Source: Gammaproteobacteria bacterium
GTDB taxonomy: Bacteria > Pseudomonadota > Gammaproteobacteria > SURF-13
NCBI GenBank assembly: GCA_030655395.1
Contig: JAURVQ010000083.1
Location: 3,907 to 67,906, forward strand
Direction: 5' to 3'
Length of the DNA: 64,000 bases
Shown here piece by piece: positions 18,380 to 28,027 of the stretch; position 1 is the stretch's first letter; every line of letters starts with the position of its first letter. The position numbers and the translations under genes are program-made. The notes under the pieces were generated by a model. It had not been told where the DNA came from. It worked only from the letters and a program-made list of their open reading frames with translations, and ran no database searches.

Positions 18380-20044
18380 CTACTTGGCGGCGGGCCGCAG
18401 CGACTTGAGCGATTCCGCGGTCTTGCGCAGCGTCTGGGTCCATTGCTGCTGGTCATCGACCACGATCGGGCGCAGCAGAATCACGAGCTCGCTCTTGCGC
18501 GCCGAGTTGCGCCGGTTGTCCAGCAGGCCGCCAATGCCGGGCAAGCCGGAACGGTCCTTGCGCGTGGTGTCCTGCATCAAGCCACCGATCACGATCAGCT
18601 GGCCGTCGGCGGCGCGCACGATGCTGTCGGATTCACGCACGCTGGAGAGCGCAAGCGGGAATGTTTGCGACACACCGCCCACGCTTATCGTCTTGGTCTG
18701 GTCGCGCACCTCACTCACCGTCGGGTGGATGTGCAGAATCACGTCACCGTCTTCGCTGATCTGTGGCGTGACATCGAGCGCGATGCCGGAAAAGAACGGT
18801 GTGAGTGTGAGGCTCGGGGTGGTCGTGGTGGTGCCCGTCGTAGTCGTGGTCGTGGCGGAGGCGCTGGTCACGAAAAATTCGTCCGAGCCCACCTTGATGA
18901 TGGCCTTCTGATTGTTCACGGTGGACACGCGTGGACTGGAGAGCACCTGCACCTCACCCTGGCTTTTCAGCAATTCGATGAAGGCGTTGAAGTCGGACAG
19001 CGCGAGCGCGAGTGAAAACACGCCGGTGGCGACGGAGAAGGGGCTGGCGCCGGCGACACCCGTGGCACTGAACACGCTGCCGCCGATCTGGCCGGCGGTG
19101 ACGGTCTTGCCGTCACCGGGTTTGCCAAGCAGCGACCAGTTGATGCCGGATTGAAAACCGTCCTTGAGCTCCACCTCGATGATCTTGGCTTCCAGTATGA
19201 CCTGGCGCTCGATGGAGCCCTGTGTCGCCTTGAGAAATTCATCAATACTGCGCAGTTCGCCCGGCAGTGCGCGCGCTACCACCACGCCGGATTGCGGATT
19301 AACCACCACGCTGCGCCCGCCTTCGGTGCCGATCAGTATTTTTAATGCGTCTTCCAGCTCGGTCCAAAAATCGGAGTGTGACTGGGTGCTGATCTGGCTG
19401 GTACCACTACTGCCGCCCGTGCCCGTGGTACCAGTGCCTGTAGTGCCTGTAGTGCCTGTAGTGCCCGTGGTGCCACCGCCGCCGCCCGTTAATTGCCCGG
19501 CACTGACACTGATGCGGGAGTTGCCGGTGCGGTTGATGGTGAGGTAGTTGACCTTGAAGATGCGCGACTGCAGCGCCGCAGGCAAGACCTGGTAGCCGGA
19601 GGCGGAGCGCTGGAAGTCATAACCGTAGACATCGCGCACGGCGTCCATCACTTCGGGGATGGTGACGTTCTTGAGAGTAAGCGAGATGTCGCCCGTGACC
19701 TGCGGGTGCACCACCATGTTGTAGGGCGTGCCCTCGACCAGGCCCATGAAAAATTCCTGCGCGGGCGCCTTGCTGACGGCAACGTCAAAGCGCGGCTCGC
19801 TGGGTGTGCCGCCGGATGTGGAGGAGATGCCGATGGAGGGCAGCAGTGCCGCAGAGATTTCGGCGGGTGGCGCGGCGGGTGCGGGCGCCGCTGTGCCGGA
19901 GGCCCCGAGTGCGGCGTCGATACGATCCATCGTGGTCGGGCCTTGCGCGGGCGGTGCCGCGCAGGCGGACAGCAGCAGGCATAGTACGACGAGAGAGGCT
20001 GATCGGGGGTGCGGCGCGGACGGTTTTGCTGGATAACGGTTCAT
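18380..20044 (-). CDS. mshL: MshL secretin (lipoprotein signal LLSAC; Gly/Thr-rich linker; secretin C-domain)
   Basis: ORF 554 aa. Confidence 0.85.
   Translation of the reverse strand: MNRYPAKPSAPHPRSASLVVLCLLLSACAAPPAQGPTTMDRIDAALGASGTAAPAPAAPPAEISAALLPSIGISSTSGGTPSEPRFDVAVSKAPAQEFFMGLVEGTPYNMVVHPQVTGDISLTLKNVTIPEVMDAVRDVYGYDFQRSASGYQVLPAALQSRIFKVNYLTINRTGNSRISVSAGQLTGGGGGTTGTTGTTGTTGTGTTGTGGSSGTSQISTQSHSDFWTELEDALKILIGTEGGRSVVVNPQSGVVVARALPGELRSIDEFLKATQGSIERQVILEAKIIEVELKDGFQSGINWSLLGKPGDGKTVTAGQIGGSVFSATGVAGASPFSVATGVFSLALALSDFNAFIELLKSQGEVQVLSSPRVSTVNNQKAIIKVGSDEFFVTSASATTTTTTGTTTTTPSLTLTPFFSGIALDVTPQISEDGDVILHIHPTVSEVRDQTKTISVGGVSQTFPLALSSVRESDSIVRAADGQLIVIGGLMQDTTRKDRSGLPGIGGLLDNRRNSARKSELVILLRPIVVDDQQQWTQTLRKTAESLKSLRPAAK
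19427..19465. repeat. 9-bp tandem repeat (agtgcctgt)x3-4 encoding (TG/TT)n linker in secretin
   Basis: Direct reading. Confidence 0.7.
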
Positions 20045-20439
20045 GGCTGTGGCGTCGTAGTCCTCCCGCTCGGGGTTTTCACCGCTGCGGGCTGCATGGT
20101 AACAGAAAATTCTCCCTGGGTATCACGCAACCGCACGGTCGCGGGCGCCACCTCGACCACGGTTGCACCCTCGAGGGTGTCGCCGGGTTTGACCGCGCGG
20201 CCATTCACTACCGCAATGCGCCGTTGGGGCGAGATCAGTGTGGAGGTCAGCAGCCAGCGCTGGATCGGCGTAGCACTGCCGACATCGGGTTGCGCCCCGC
20301 CCACCGGTACGGCTTGGTAGTTGGGCGGCGGTTCGGTGGGATCTGACAAACCCTTCTCCGCCAGCGGCAATTCGGCTTGCACGGTGGATAGAGAAAAGAG
20401 CAAAGAGGCAAGAGAAAAGAGGAAGACACCCGCTCCCAT
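20041..20439 (-). CDS. MshK-like small periplasmic/lipoprotein (PilP-like position)
   Basis: ORF 20041..20484, start at MGAGVFLFSLASLLFSLS signal. Confidence 0.45.
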   Translation of the reverse strand: MGAGVFLFSLASLLFSLSTVQAELPLAEKGLSDPTEPPPNYQAVPVGGAQPDVGSATPIQRWLLTSTLISPQRRIAVVNGRAVKPGDTLEGATVVEVAPATVRLRDTQGEFSVTMQPAAVKTPSGRTTTPQP

Positions 20440-20478
20440 TCCTTTTCTCTTTGCTCTTGCCTCTTTGCTCTGTCTTTC
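20388..20478. repeat. Palindromic 'gagaaaag/aggcaagag' repeat; related copy at 23575..23670; here overlaps the signal-peptide codons of mshK-like gene
   Basis: Direct reading of both loci. Confidence 0.7.
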
Positions 20479-21151
20479 AGCCACCGATCCAGCCCTCCTT
20501 GAGGCTCAGGGTATGCACGGTGATGGTGATGCGGGCCTGCGGAAATGTCTGCACCCGCAAATCCACGCCGTCCCAGAACAGCCGCCACGGCAGCGCCTCC
20601 AGCGCCTTGAGGTAGCGCAGTGTGGCGAGATAGCTGCCCTCGAATTCAATCACTAGGCCGTGTTTGTAGAGCACGGGCGATGACGGCGTGGCGGGGGCGG
20701 TTGCGCTGCCGGGCGTCAGCGGCGCCGCGCCCAGATTTTTTGCGCGCACCAGTTTAAGGCCGGGTTCGCGCGTCAGCGCCTCCTCCAGCATCTGCGCCAT
20801 CTGCGCGGGCTCGATCAGGCCCTCCATCATGCGCGTGATTTTTTTGTCGAGTTCGTCGCTCTCTGTCTTGAGCGCCGCGAGCTGTGCGCGGGTTTCCTCG
20901 TTCGGGTCGAGGCCTTGCCGGGTTGCCTGGATCGCCTGAATCTGCTGTCCGAGCGCCGCGATCTGTTGCTGCACGGCGCTGATGTCGTTATTTAACCGTT
21001 TGCGCTCCGCGCCGAACGGCTGGTACACAAAGGTATTGCCCAAGGCGATGATCACGCCGAACACGATGGCGCCGAGCAGCGCGCGTTCACGCACGGCGAG
21101 TGCATTGATGCGTGAGGTGAGTTGCTGCAATGAGGCCTTGAGCGCGTCCAT
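20477..21151 (-). CDS. MshJ-like (PilO/GspM-like) inner-membrane pilus assembly protein
   Basis: ORF 224 aa, single TM then coiled-coil. Confidence 0.6.
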   Translation of the reverse strand: MDALKASLQQLTSRINALAVRERALLGAIVFGVIIALGNTFVYQPFGAERKRLNNDISAVQQQIAALGQQIQAIQATRQGLDPNEETRAQLAALKTESDELDKKITRMMEGLIEPAQMAQMLEEALTREPGLKLVRAKNLGAAPLTPGSATAPATPSSPVLYKHGLVIEFEGSYLATLRYLKALEALPWRLFWDGVDLRVQTFPQARITITVHTLSLKEGWIGG

Positions 21152-21154
21152 GGG

Positions 21155-21787
21155 TTACGGTGCGGGCGAGGCGGCGGGCGCCGCCGCCGGAGGCTCGCTG
21201 CCGGTGCGCAGTGTGAAGTCGAGGCGCCCGGCGTCCGCCTCCGGACGCTGTATGAGCAAGGTGCGGAATTGGACACCGGCAAATACCTTTTCATCCGCGA
21301 GACGCTGGATATACGCGGGCACCAGCCCTGGGGTCAGGGTGCTGCCCGTGAGTTCGATGCTGGCGCCGCCGGCACCGAGCGCCATGCCGGTTAGCCACAA
21401 GCCTTGCGGACGCTGGCGCGCGAGTCCCTCCATATAAGGTGAAAGGCCATTGATATTGCCTGTGACATCGGTGGACGATGCCTGTACTACGCTGCGTTTT
21501 GGCTCCAGCGCGGCTCGCAGGCGCACGAGCTCCGCTTCCAGTTGCACATCCTTGGTCTTGGGCGGGAACTGCCTGGTGAGCTCTTCCATGTTGCGGGTGG
21601 TATCCGCCTGTTGCTGTTGCAAGCGCGCAAGCTCTTCACGTAACGGTACGGTTTGCCAGCGCATAAAACCGTACACCAGCAGGAGCAGGATCAGCCCTGC
21701 CGCGCCGCCCAACGGCAACAAGGTGGCGAAGGTCCAGCGCTGGGGCCGGAACGCCGCCTGATAGAGATTGATCTGCTGGGTCGCCAC
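21155..21787 (-). CDS. MshI2-like (PilN-like fimbrial assembly) protein
   Basis: ORF 210 aa, TM + coiled coil. Confidence 0.6.
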   Translation of the reverse strand: MATQQINLYQAAFRPQRWTFATLLPLGGAAGLILLLLVYGFMRWQTVPLREELARLQQQQADTTRNMEELTRQFPPKTKDVQLEAELVRLRAALEPKRSVVQASSTDVTGNINGLSPYMEGLARQRPQGLWLTGMALGAGGASIELTGSTLTPGLVPAYIQRLADEKVFAGVQFRTLLIQRPEADAGRLDFTLRTGSEPPAAAPAASPAP

Positions 21788-21790
21788 GTT

Positions 21791-22834
21791 CTAGGCCGAC
21801 CCGTTGCCTGTCCGCAGCGCCGCGCCGATGGCGAGCAGGCAGCGCGCCTGCAAAGACCGGCTCAGCGGGGCGGCGCACTGTATGACCTGGTTGAGATCGA
21901 GTTCGTGCGTGGGGATGCCGATGTTGGCCGCGATATAGTTCACGGCGCCGGGCACCTCCGGCTCCATGGGTGTAATCACCAGTTGCGTAATCGGTGGCTG
22001 CGCATAGTGGCTTTCGTAGTAGTCGAGCGAGCGCTGGATTTCAAGGATGATACCGTCCAGCGCCTGCTTCAGTTCGGGAGTCGGTTCATCGAATCCGTCA
22101 TTGCGGCCTTGCGCCGCAGGCGGCAGGTAGCTCATGAGTCTCGCGGTACCGGCCTCGATGCTGCGTGTGAGAAACAGCATGGACTGGCGCGTGAGGATGA
22201 TGTGTCCGCCGTGCTGGGCAAGGTGCAGCAGGGCGAGACCGCGGCTGTCTTCCGGCAGCAGGGCGGCGATATTGCGCAGCGCAAGCTCCGGGATGTCGAT
22301 CACGGAGAGCTTCAGGCCCGCCCCGCGCAGCTGCGCGGCGTAGCCCTGCACCGTGGCTGCGCGCGCGGCCACGGCATAGATGGTGCGGGGCCGCCCCGGC
22401 GGCTGAGCGGGCAGGTCGAACACGTCGATCACGGCCTGATCCGGCGGAAAATCGATGAGGTCCTTGATGCGCCAGCGGGCTGCGGCCTGAAGCTCGGCCG
22501 CCGGCACCGCCGGCGCCTCAATCAGCAGCAGGCTGTAGGACTGCGCCTCCATCACCGCGCTGCACGGCGCGTTGCCGAGCCGGTACTCGCGCGCGAGGCT
22601 CGCCAGGGCCTTGTCCGGATCAACCTCGGCCAGCGGGCGGAACACGCACGACTCAAGCTCCGGGCGCGCGCCCTCGCGGCGCCGCACGCGCGCCACGCTG
22701 AAGCCCGCAGGCGTGACGCTGATGCCGTTCAGCGTCTTGAGCCGCGCCGTTTGACCGAGCAGTGCAAGCAAATGAGCGCTCCCAATATGTGATGAGACGT
22801 GGCAAAAAAGTGAGATTCTGCTGCAAGTTAGCAC
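21791..22834 (-). CDS. MshI1-like (PilM-like actin-fold) protein; start uncertain (GTG/TTG, AT-rich 5' region)
   Basis: ORF 347 aa. Confidence 0.55.
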   Translation of the reverse strand: MLTCSRISLFCHVSSHIGSAHLLALLGQTARLKTLNGISVTPAGFSVARVRRREGARPELESCVFRPLAEVDPDKALASLAREYRLGNAPCSAVMEAQSYSLLLIEAPAVPAAELQAAARWRIKDLIDFPPDQAVIDVFDLPAQPPGRPRTIYAVAARAATVQGYAAQLRGAGLKLSVIDIPELALRNIAALLPEDSRGLALLHLAQHGGHIILTRQSMLFLTRSIEAGTARLMSYLPPAAQGRNDGFDEPTPELKQALDGIILEIQRSLDYYESHYAQPPITQLVITPMEPEVPGAVNYIAANIGIPTHELDLNQVIQCAAPLSRSLQARCLLAIGAALRTGNGSA

Positions 22835-22902
22835 AGCAACTTATTGTTGTAAATGATATTAGGGGGTGGGCGCGCAGACGCACTGTGTACGCGCCCGTGC
22901 TT

Positions 22903-23568
22903 TTAATGCACGAGAAACACCAGATCCCATACCTCGCGGCCTTCGCGTGTGGCACGCCGCTCAAACTTGGAAAGCGGCCGCGCGCCGCGCGTGGCGTAGC
23001 GGTCTGCGGGACAGGCGTTGGTAAACTCAGGTGCGGCGTCGAGCACCTCCAGCATCTGCGTGGCGTAATCCTCCCAGTCGGTGCAGAGATGAAAACGTCC
23101 GCCGCGTTTGAGTTTGTTGGCCACCAGCGCAACGAAAGGCGGCTGCACGATGCGCCGTTTGTGATGGCGGCGTTTGGGCCACGGGTCGGGGAAGAACAGA
23201 TGTACGGCGTCAAGAGCCGCGTCGGGAAGGTAGCGGCCCAATACTTCCACCGCGTCGGCGCAAATCACACGCACGTTGCTGACCTGCTGCTCCGCCAGCA
23301 GGCGCAACAGATTGCCGACGCCGGGACGGTGCACCTCAATGCCGAGAAAATCCTGCTCCGGATGTGCGCGCGCCATCTCCGCCAGCGCGTCGCCCATGCC
23401 GAAACCGATCTCCAGCACGCGCGGGGCGGTGCGCCCGAACAGCGCGCTGAGATCGAGCGGTGCCGTAGCGAGATCGACGCCGTAGTCGCGCCATAGATTG
23501 TCCAGCGCCGCACGCTGGGCACCGGTCATGCGCCCCTGTCGCAATACAAAACTGCGGATGGGTTTCAC
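22903..23568 (-). CDS. trmB: tRNA (guanine46-N7)-methyltransferase
   Basis: ORF 221 aa, SAM-binding EIGFGMG motif. Confidence 0.85.
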   Translation of the reverse strand: MKPIRSFVLRQGRMTGAQRAALDNLWRDYGVDLATAPLDLSALFGRTAPRVLEIGFGMGDALAEMARAHPEQDFLGIEVHRPGVGNLLRLLAEQQVSNVRVICADAVEVLGRYLPDAALDAVHLFFPDPWPKRRHHKRRIVQPPFVALVANKLKRGGRFHLCTDWEDYATQMLEVLDAAPEFTNACPADRYATRGARPLSKFERRATREGREVWDLVFLVH

Positions 23569-23574
23569 TTAACG

Positions 23575-23670
23575 ACAGAGAAAAGAGGCAAGAGGCAAGA
23601 GAAAAGTAAAAAACAGTAACGATTTTTTAAAATGTCTCCTTTTCTCTTTTCTCTTGCCTCTTTTCTCTGG
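23575..23670. repeat. Palindromic 'cagagaaaagaggcaagaggcaagagaaaag ... cttttctcttttctcttgcctcttttctctg' hairpin, intergenic trmB/thiG
   Basis: Direct reading. Confidence 0.7.
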
Positions 23671-23674
23671 GTTA

Positions 23675-24487
23675 TCAGAAGAATGTGCCCTCCAAGGGCG
23701 AAGAAGCGTTGCCGTATAATTTACGCGGCATCCGTCCGGCTAAATACGCCTCGCGTCCGGCTTGTACCGCCTTGTTCATCGCGCTCGCCATGAGCACGGG
23801 GTTTTTCGCTGCCGCGATGGCGGTGTTCATGAGCACGCCGTCGCAGCCCAGTTCCATCGCAATCGCCGCGTCCGACGCAGTACCCACGCCGGCGTCCACC
23901 AGTATCGGCACCTTGGCGTTTTCGATGATGAGACGGATGTTGTACGGGTTGCGGATGCCGAGTCCGGAGCCGATGGGCGCCGCCAGCGGCATCACCGCGA
24001 CACAACCCAGCTCTTCCAGCCGCTTGGCGATGATGGGGTCGTCGGTGGTGTACACCATCACCTGGAAGCCTTCCTTGATGAGAGTCGCGGCGGCCTCAAG
24101 CGTGGCGGTGATGTCGGGAAACAGCGTCTTCTCGTCGCCCAGCACTTCGAGTTTCACCAGTGTGCGACCGTCGAGCAGTTCGCGCGCGAGGCGGCAGGTG
24201 CGTATGGCGTCGGCGGCGGTGTAGCAGCCTGCGGTGTTCGGCAAAATTGTGTAGCGGTCCGGCGGCAGCACGTCGAGCAGGCTCGGTTCGTTCGGATGCT
24301 GACCGATGTTGGTGCGGCGCAAGGCGACGGTGACGATCTCGGCGCCGCTCGCTTCCGTCGCACGCCGCGTTTCTTCGAGGTCGCGGTATTTGCCGCTGCC
24401 GACCAGCAGGCGCGAACGGTATGCTACACCCGCGATGATGAGCGGATCGTGGTGGGCAGTGGATGCGGTATCCGGTAGCGCGCTCAT
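23675..24487 (-). CDS. thiG: Thiazole synthase
   Basis: ORF 270 aa, typical ThiG sequence. Confidence 0.9.
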   Translation of the reverse strand: MSALPDTASTAHHDPLIIAGVAYRSRLLVGSGKYRDLEETRRATEASGAEIVTVALRRTNIGQHPNEPSLLDVLPPDRYTILPNTAGCYTAADAIRTCRLARELLDGRTLVKLEVLGDEKTLFPDITATLEAAATLIKEGFQVMVYTTDDPIIAKRLEELGCVAVMPLAAPIGSGLGIRNPYNIRLIIENAKVPILVDAGVGTASDAAIAMELGCDGVLMNTAIAAAKNPVLMASAMNKAVQAGREAYLAGRMPRKLYGNASSPLEGTFF

Positions 24488-24513
24488 GGTTGTTTATGTC
24501 TCAATGAAAATAA

Positions 24514-24906
24514 TTACAACGCGTTCAGCACGCGCTCAAGCCGCTGGCGTACATCGCGCGCGACCTCGTGCACGGCGGGCTTATCTACCATTTCGAGCAC
24601 GGCGTTGGGGTCCATGATCTCGACCTGCACCTTGCCCGCTGCGTCCTCACGCACCACTACGTTGCACGGCAGCAGCAGGCCGATGGACGGCTCCGCCTCA
24701 AGCGCGCGGTGCGCAAGCGGCGGGTTACAGGCGCCGAGGATGCGATAGGGCGGCATGTCCTGGTTCAGTTTCTTTTTCAGCGTGGCGGCAACATCGATGT
24801 CGGTGAGTATGCCGAAGCCTTCCTTTTGCAGTTCTTCGGTGGTGCGCGCCAGCGCAACGTCGAAGGTCATGCTGACCGTTTTCCCAAACCCATATTTGCA
24901 TTGCAT
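24514..24906 (-). CDS. DUF302-family protein
   Basis: ORF 24514..24963 trimmed to MQCKYG; ILGACNP...LLPCNV motif. Confidence 0.7.
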   Translation of the reverse strand: MQCKYGFGKTVSMTFDVALARTTEELQKEGFGILTDIDVAATLKKKLNQDMPPYRILGACNPPLAHRALEAEPSIGLLLPCNVVVREDAAGKVQVEIMDPNAVLEMVDKPAVHEVARDVRQRLERVLNAL

Positions 24907-24922
24907 GTTGCTGCTCTCCTGC

Positions 24923-25123
24923 TTAGCCGCCGCCGATGGCGTGCACGATCTCCACACGGTCACCGGGATTTAAATGCTGTGCCACATACGCGCTGCGCGG
25001 CACGATCTCGCGGTTGACCTCCAGCGCAAGACGCTTGTCTAACAGGTCGAGCTCCTCAAGCAGCTGATATACGCTGTAGCCGATGGGAATTGCGCGCGGT
25101 GTGCTATTGACGAAAATTTCCAT
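24923..25123 (-). CDS. thiS: Sulfur carrier protein ThiS (ends GG)
   Basis: 66 aa MEIFVN...AIGGG. Confidence 0.75.
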   Translation of the reverse strand: MEIFVNSTPRAIPIGYSVYQLLEELDLLDKRLALEVNREIVPRSAYVAQHLNPGDRVEIVHAIGGG

Positions 25124-25281
25124 ACTCTCTTTGGCGGCTCGTGGAATAGGCCGGGAAACAGCGGCGGGGGTGACAATGCTTATTTTGAAGGGTTCACGCG
25201 CGGGGTGCAATGGGTATGTCCCATACCGCGGTATAGTTGTGCTAAGCTTTTAGACGAATGCTGCTCTCCGGTTTTCACGCT

Positions 25282-25355
25282 GCGGGTGTAGTTCAATGGT
25301 AGAACTTCAGCTTCCCAAGCTGATAGCGTGGGTTCGATTCCCATCACCCGCTCCA
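25282..25355 (+). tRNA. tRNA-Gly (anticodon CCC), with encoded CCA
   Basis: Manual cloverleaf: acceptor GCGGGTG/CACCCGC, anticodon loop TTCCCAA, T-loop TTCGATT. Confidence 0.85.
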
Positions 25356-25380
25356 AATTACGACAGTAGCGAGTAGCAAG

Positions 25381-26190
25381 ATGGAAATCTTGGTTCGTTT
25401 CGGCAGCTTTATCGCACTGTTTATTCTCATGGCGCTGTGGGAGATGCAGCGTCCGCGCAGACCGTTGACGCAACCCAAGGTTAATCACTGGCGCACCAAC
25501 CTCGCCTTGTTGCTCACGGATGTGTTGCTGTTGCGCTTCACGCTTGGCGCGGCGGCGCTGGCTACCGCAGGATACGCACAACAGCACGGCTGGGGCCTGC
25601 TGAACATCACGGCGTGGCCCGCATGGCTGGAATTGCTGCTCGCCTGGCTGCTGCTCGATCTCGCGCTCTATCTGCAACATGTGCTGTCGCACGCGCTGCC
25701 CGTGTTCTGGCGTCTGCACCGCGTGCACCACAGCGATCTGGATTTCGACCTGACCACCGGCGTGCGGTTTCATCCGCTGGAGATACTCCTCTCCATGCTC
25801 TACAAGATGGCCGCGGTGGCGGCGCTCGGCGCGCCGCCCTTGGCGGTGCTGATATTTGAGGTGGCGCTGAACGGTGCCTCCGTGTTCAATCACGGCAACG
25901 TGTATATCCCGGAGAAAATAGACCGCTGGCTGAGATTTTTGATTGTCACGCCGGACATGCACCGCGTGCATCACTCAAGCGTGGTCAACGAAACCAATTC
26001 CAACTTCGGATTTTCGATCTCGCTGTGGGACCGGCTGTGCGGCACGTACCGCGCACAACCCGCGCTGGGGCAGTTGGAATTCGAGATCGGCCTGAAAGAG
26101 TACCGTGAACGTCTTGGCTGGGGCGCGCTGCTGTTATTGCCGTTTCGCCGCAGACTGGGCCGCTACAGCCTGCGCAGGGATGCGGACTGA
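25381..26190 (+). CDS. Fatty acid hydroxylase/sterol desaturase family membrane protein (HRVHH, HRVHHS histidine boxes)
   Basis: ORF 269 aa. Confidence 0.7.
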   Translation: MEILVRFGSFIALFILMALWEMQRPRRPLTQPKVNHWRTNLALLLTDVLLLRFTLGAAALATAGYAQQHGWGLLNITAWPAWLELLLAWLLLDLALYLQHVLSHALPVFWRLHRVHHSDLDFDLTTGVRFHPLEILLSMLYKMAAVAALGAPPLAVLIFEVALNGASVFNHGNVYIPEKIDRWLRFLIVTPDMHRVHHSSVVNETNSNFGFSISLWDRLCGTYRAQPALGQLEFEIGLKEYRERLGWGALLLLPFRRRLGRYSLRRDAD

Positions 26191-26192
26191 GC

Positions 26193-26693
26193 ATGAAGCT
26201 GATTCTGATGCGTCACGCCGAAGCCGAGCCGGGCGATGCATTGCATTATCCCGATGATGCGTTGCGCCCGCTCACGGCGGAGGGCGCCAAGACACAGAAG
26301 AAAGTGGCGCAGGCGTTGCAGCGCATGGGTGTCATGCCGCAGCGTATCTTCACCAGCCCGCGTCTGCGCGCGCGGCAAACCGCCGAGATCACCGCGCAGG
26401 TGCTGGGGTTGAATAATGCGCTGGAGGAGAGCGACGCGCTGGGGGATGACTGTTCACCGGATAGTGTGCTGGCGTTGCTGCGCGATTACGCTGACAAGGA
26501 AATTATTCTCTGCGTGGGGCACGAACCGGATTTAAGCGAATTAGCGGGCGCGCTTTTGTGCTCCACGTATGCGCTGCGCATCAAGTTCGTAAAGAGCGGA
26601 GTGCTGGGCATCAGGTTTGAGGGCGAGGCCGGTAGCGGACGCGGCATCTTGTGCTATTTTTACCGTCCGCGCGATTTGTGTGCACTGCTGTAA
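26193..26693 (+). CDS. sixA: SixA-type phosphohistidine phosphatase (RHG motif MRHAEA)
   Basis: ORF 166 aa. Confidence 0.7.
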   Translation: MKLILMRHAEAEPGDALHYPDDALRPLTAEGAKTQKKVAQALQRMGVMPQRIFTSPRLRARQTAEITAQVLGLNNALEESDALGDDCSPDSVLALLRDYADKEIILCVGHEPDLSELAGALLCSTYALRIKFVKSGVLGIRFEGEAGSGRGILCYFYRPRDLCALL

Positions 26694-26748
26694 TAAAAAA
26701 GCGGACACCCGTTAAGGTGTCCGCTGCAAGCCAAGGCAACGTGAAGAC

Positions 26749-27801
26749 TCAGAAGTCGTGGTTGATGCCGATGGAGAAGGTGGAGGGGTCTAGCCCGGCC
26801 GTGGGCACCACTGCACCGCTCGAACCGCCCGTGCCCAGGCCGTAACGCGCGCCGGTGTCGTTATCGGTGGTGGCATACAGGGCGTAGAGGGCTGTGCGTT
26901 TGGAGAGTGCGTGATCAAGGCCCACCACATACCAGTTGGCACCCGTGTTGCTTGCGACGTCATTGTCGCCGGCCCGCGCGTAGGCAATCTTGACGGTGTT
27001 GCTGGCCATCTTGTGTGAAAGCGCCAGATACCATGCATTGCGGTCGATCACGCTCGCAACATTGTCTTCCGACAACGATTCGTATATCAGGCCCAGCTTG
27101 GTCTTGTCCTCGTTGAAGGTGTAACCCAAACCGAATGTCAGGCCTTTAGTGTCATTGCCGCTCGCGCCGCTCACGTTATCAAGATTATGTTTTTCGTAGG
27201 CAACGCTGCCGTAGAACGGGCCGTTTTCATAAAGGGCGTTCAGGCTGTATCTGTCCCGGTTCACGCCGCCGGTTTCATCGGGGCGGTAAGCCGCCATAAA
27301 CTGGAGGCCATTCATCTTCGGGCTCCAGTAATTGATGCTGTTGGGCTCGCGCTCGTTGAACGGCGTGGTCGCTCCGCTGACATTGCCGATGATGGTGTTG
27401 AAGTCGCCCATGCTGTCGCTCCAGATGTCGAGCCTGCTGGTGGCGAGCTTGTAGGGGTTGTCGGTATTGCCTAATACCGCCGTGCCGAAACCGCCTGCAA
27501 TACCGACATAGGTGTTGCGGCCCGTGCTGAACAGGGTGGTGCTAGCATCGTCCATGTTCACCAGAGTTTCCATCTGGAACAGGGCCTTCAACCCGTTGCC
27601 GATGTCTTCCGCGCCCTTGAAGCCGAGACGGGAAGAGTTGCTGGAAACGCGGGTAACGGTATTGCTGCCGTCATCCGTCGAATCCACCGACATGCGCGCC
27701 TTGCCGTAGAGGGTGTAGCTATCCTCCGCGTGCGCCGCTGTGGCGGTGACTGCCGCGGCCAATGCGATGAAAAGAATTTTTTTGTGCGTACTCCGTTTCA
27801 T
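26749..27801 (-). CDS. Outer-membrane porin, betaproteobacterial Gram-negative porin family; ends in Phe
   Basis: ORF 26749..27843 trimmed to MKRSTHKKILFIALAAAVTATAAHA signal. Confidence 0.75.
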   Translation of the reverse strand: MKRSTHKKILFIALAAAVTATAAHAEDSYTLYGKARMSVDSTDDGSNTVTRVSSNSSRLGFKGAEDIGNGLKALFQMETLVNMDDASTTLFSTGRNTYVGIAGGFGTAVLGNTDNPYKLATSRLDIWSDSMGDFNTIIGNVSGATTPFNEREPNSINYWSPKMNGLQFMAAYRPDETGGVNRDRYSLNALYENGPFYGSVAYEKHNLDNVSGASGNDTKGLTFGLGYTFNEDKTKLGLIYESLSEDNVASVIDRNAWYLALSHKMASNTVKIAYARAGDNDVASNTGANWYVVGLDHALSKRTALYALYATTDNDTGARYGLGTGGSSGAVVPTAGLDPSTFSIGINHDF

Positions 27802-28027
27802 TCCGCTGTCTCCCATCTTAGTTTTGCCGTTTGCCAGAATCATTGTAAGTAAAATTCAGGATCATCACCAACCCCCGCTTGATTGCCTGCGCAGGCTACG
27901 GGAGATTTATTACACTGCGATGAAGGATGCATTAAGGATTGCGTCACATATAACGGTATGGCGCCGGTAAACTTTACGGTTTCCCATCCGATACATTGCC
28001 TGTGGGCACTCCATCAGGGAAGCGTGT

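Noticed and set aside
20388-23670. Could the gagaaaag-type repeats be a CRISPR array
   Set aside because: Only two isolated, internally palindromic copies 3 kb apart. There is no regular repeat-spacer periodicity and no cas genes.
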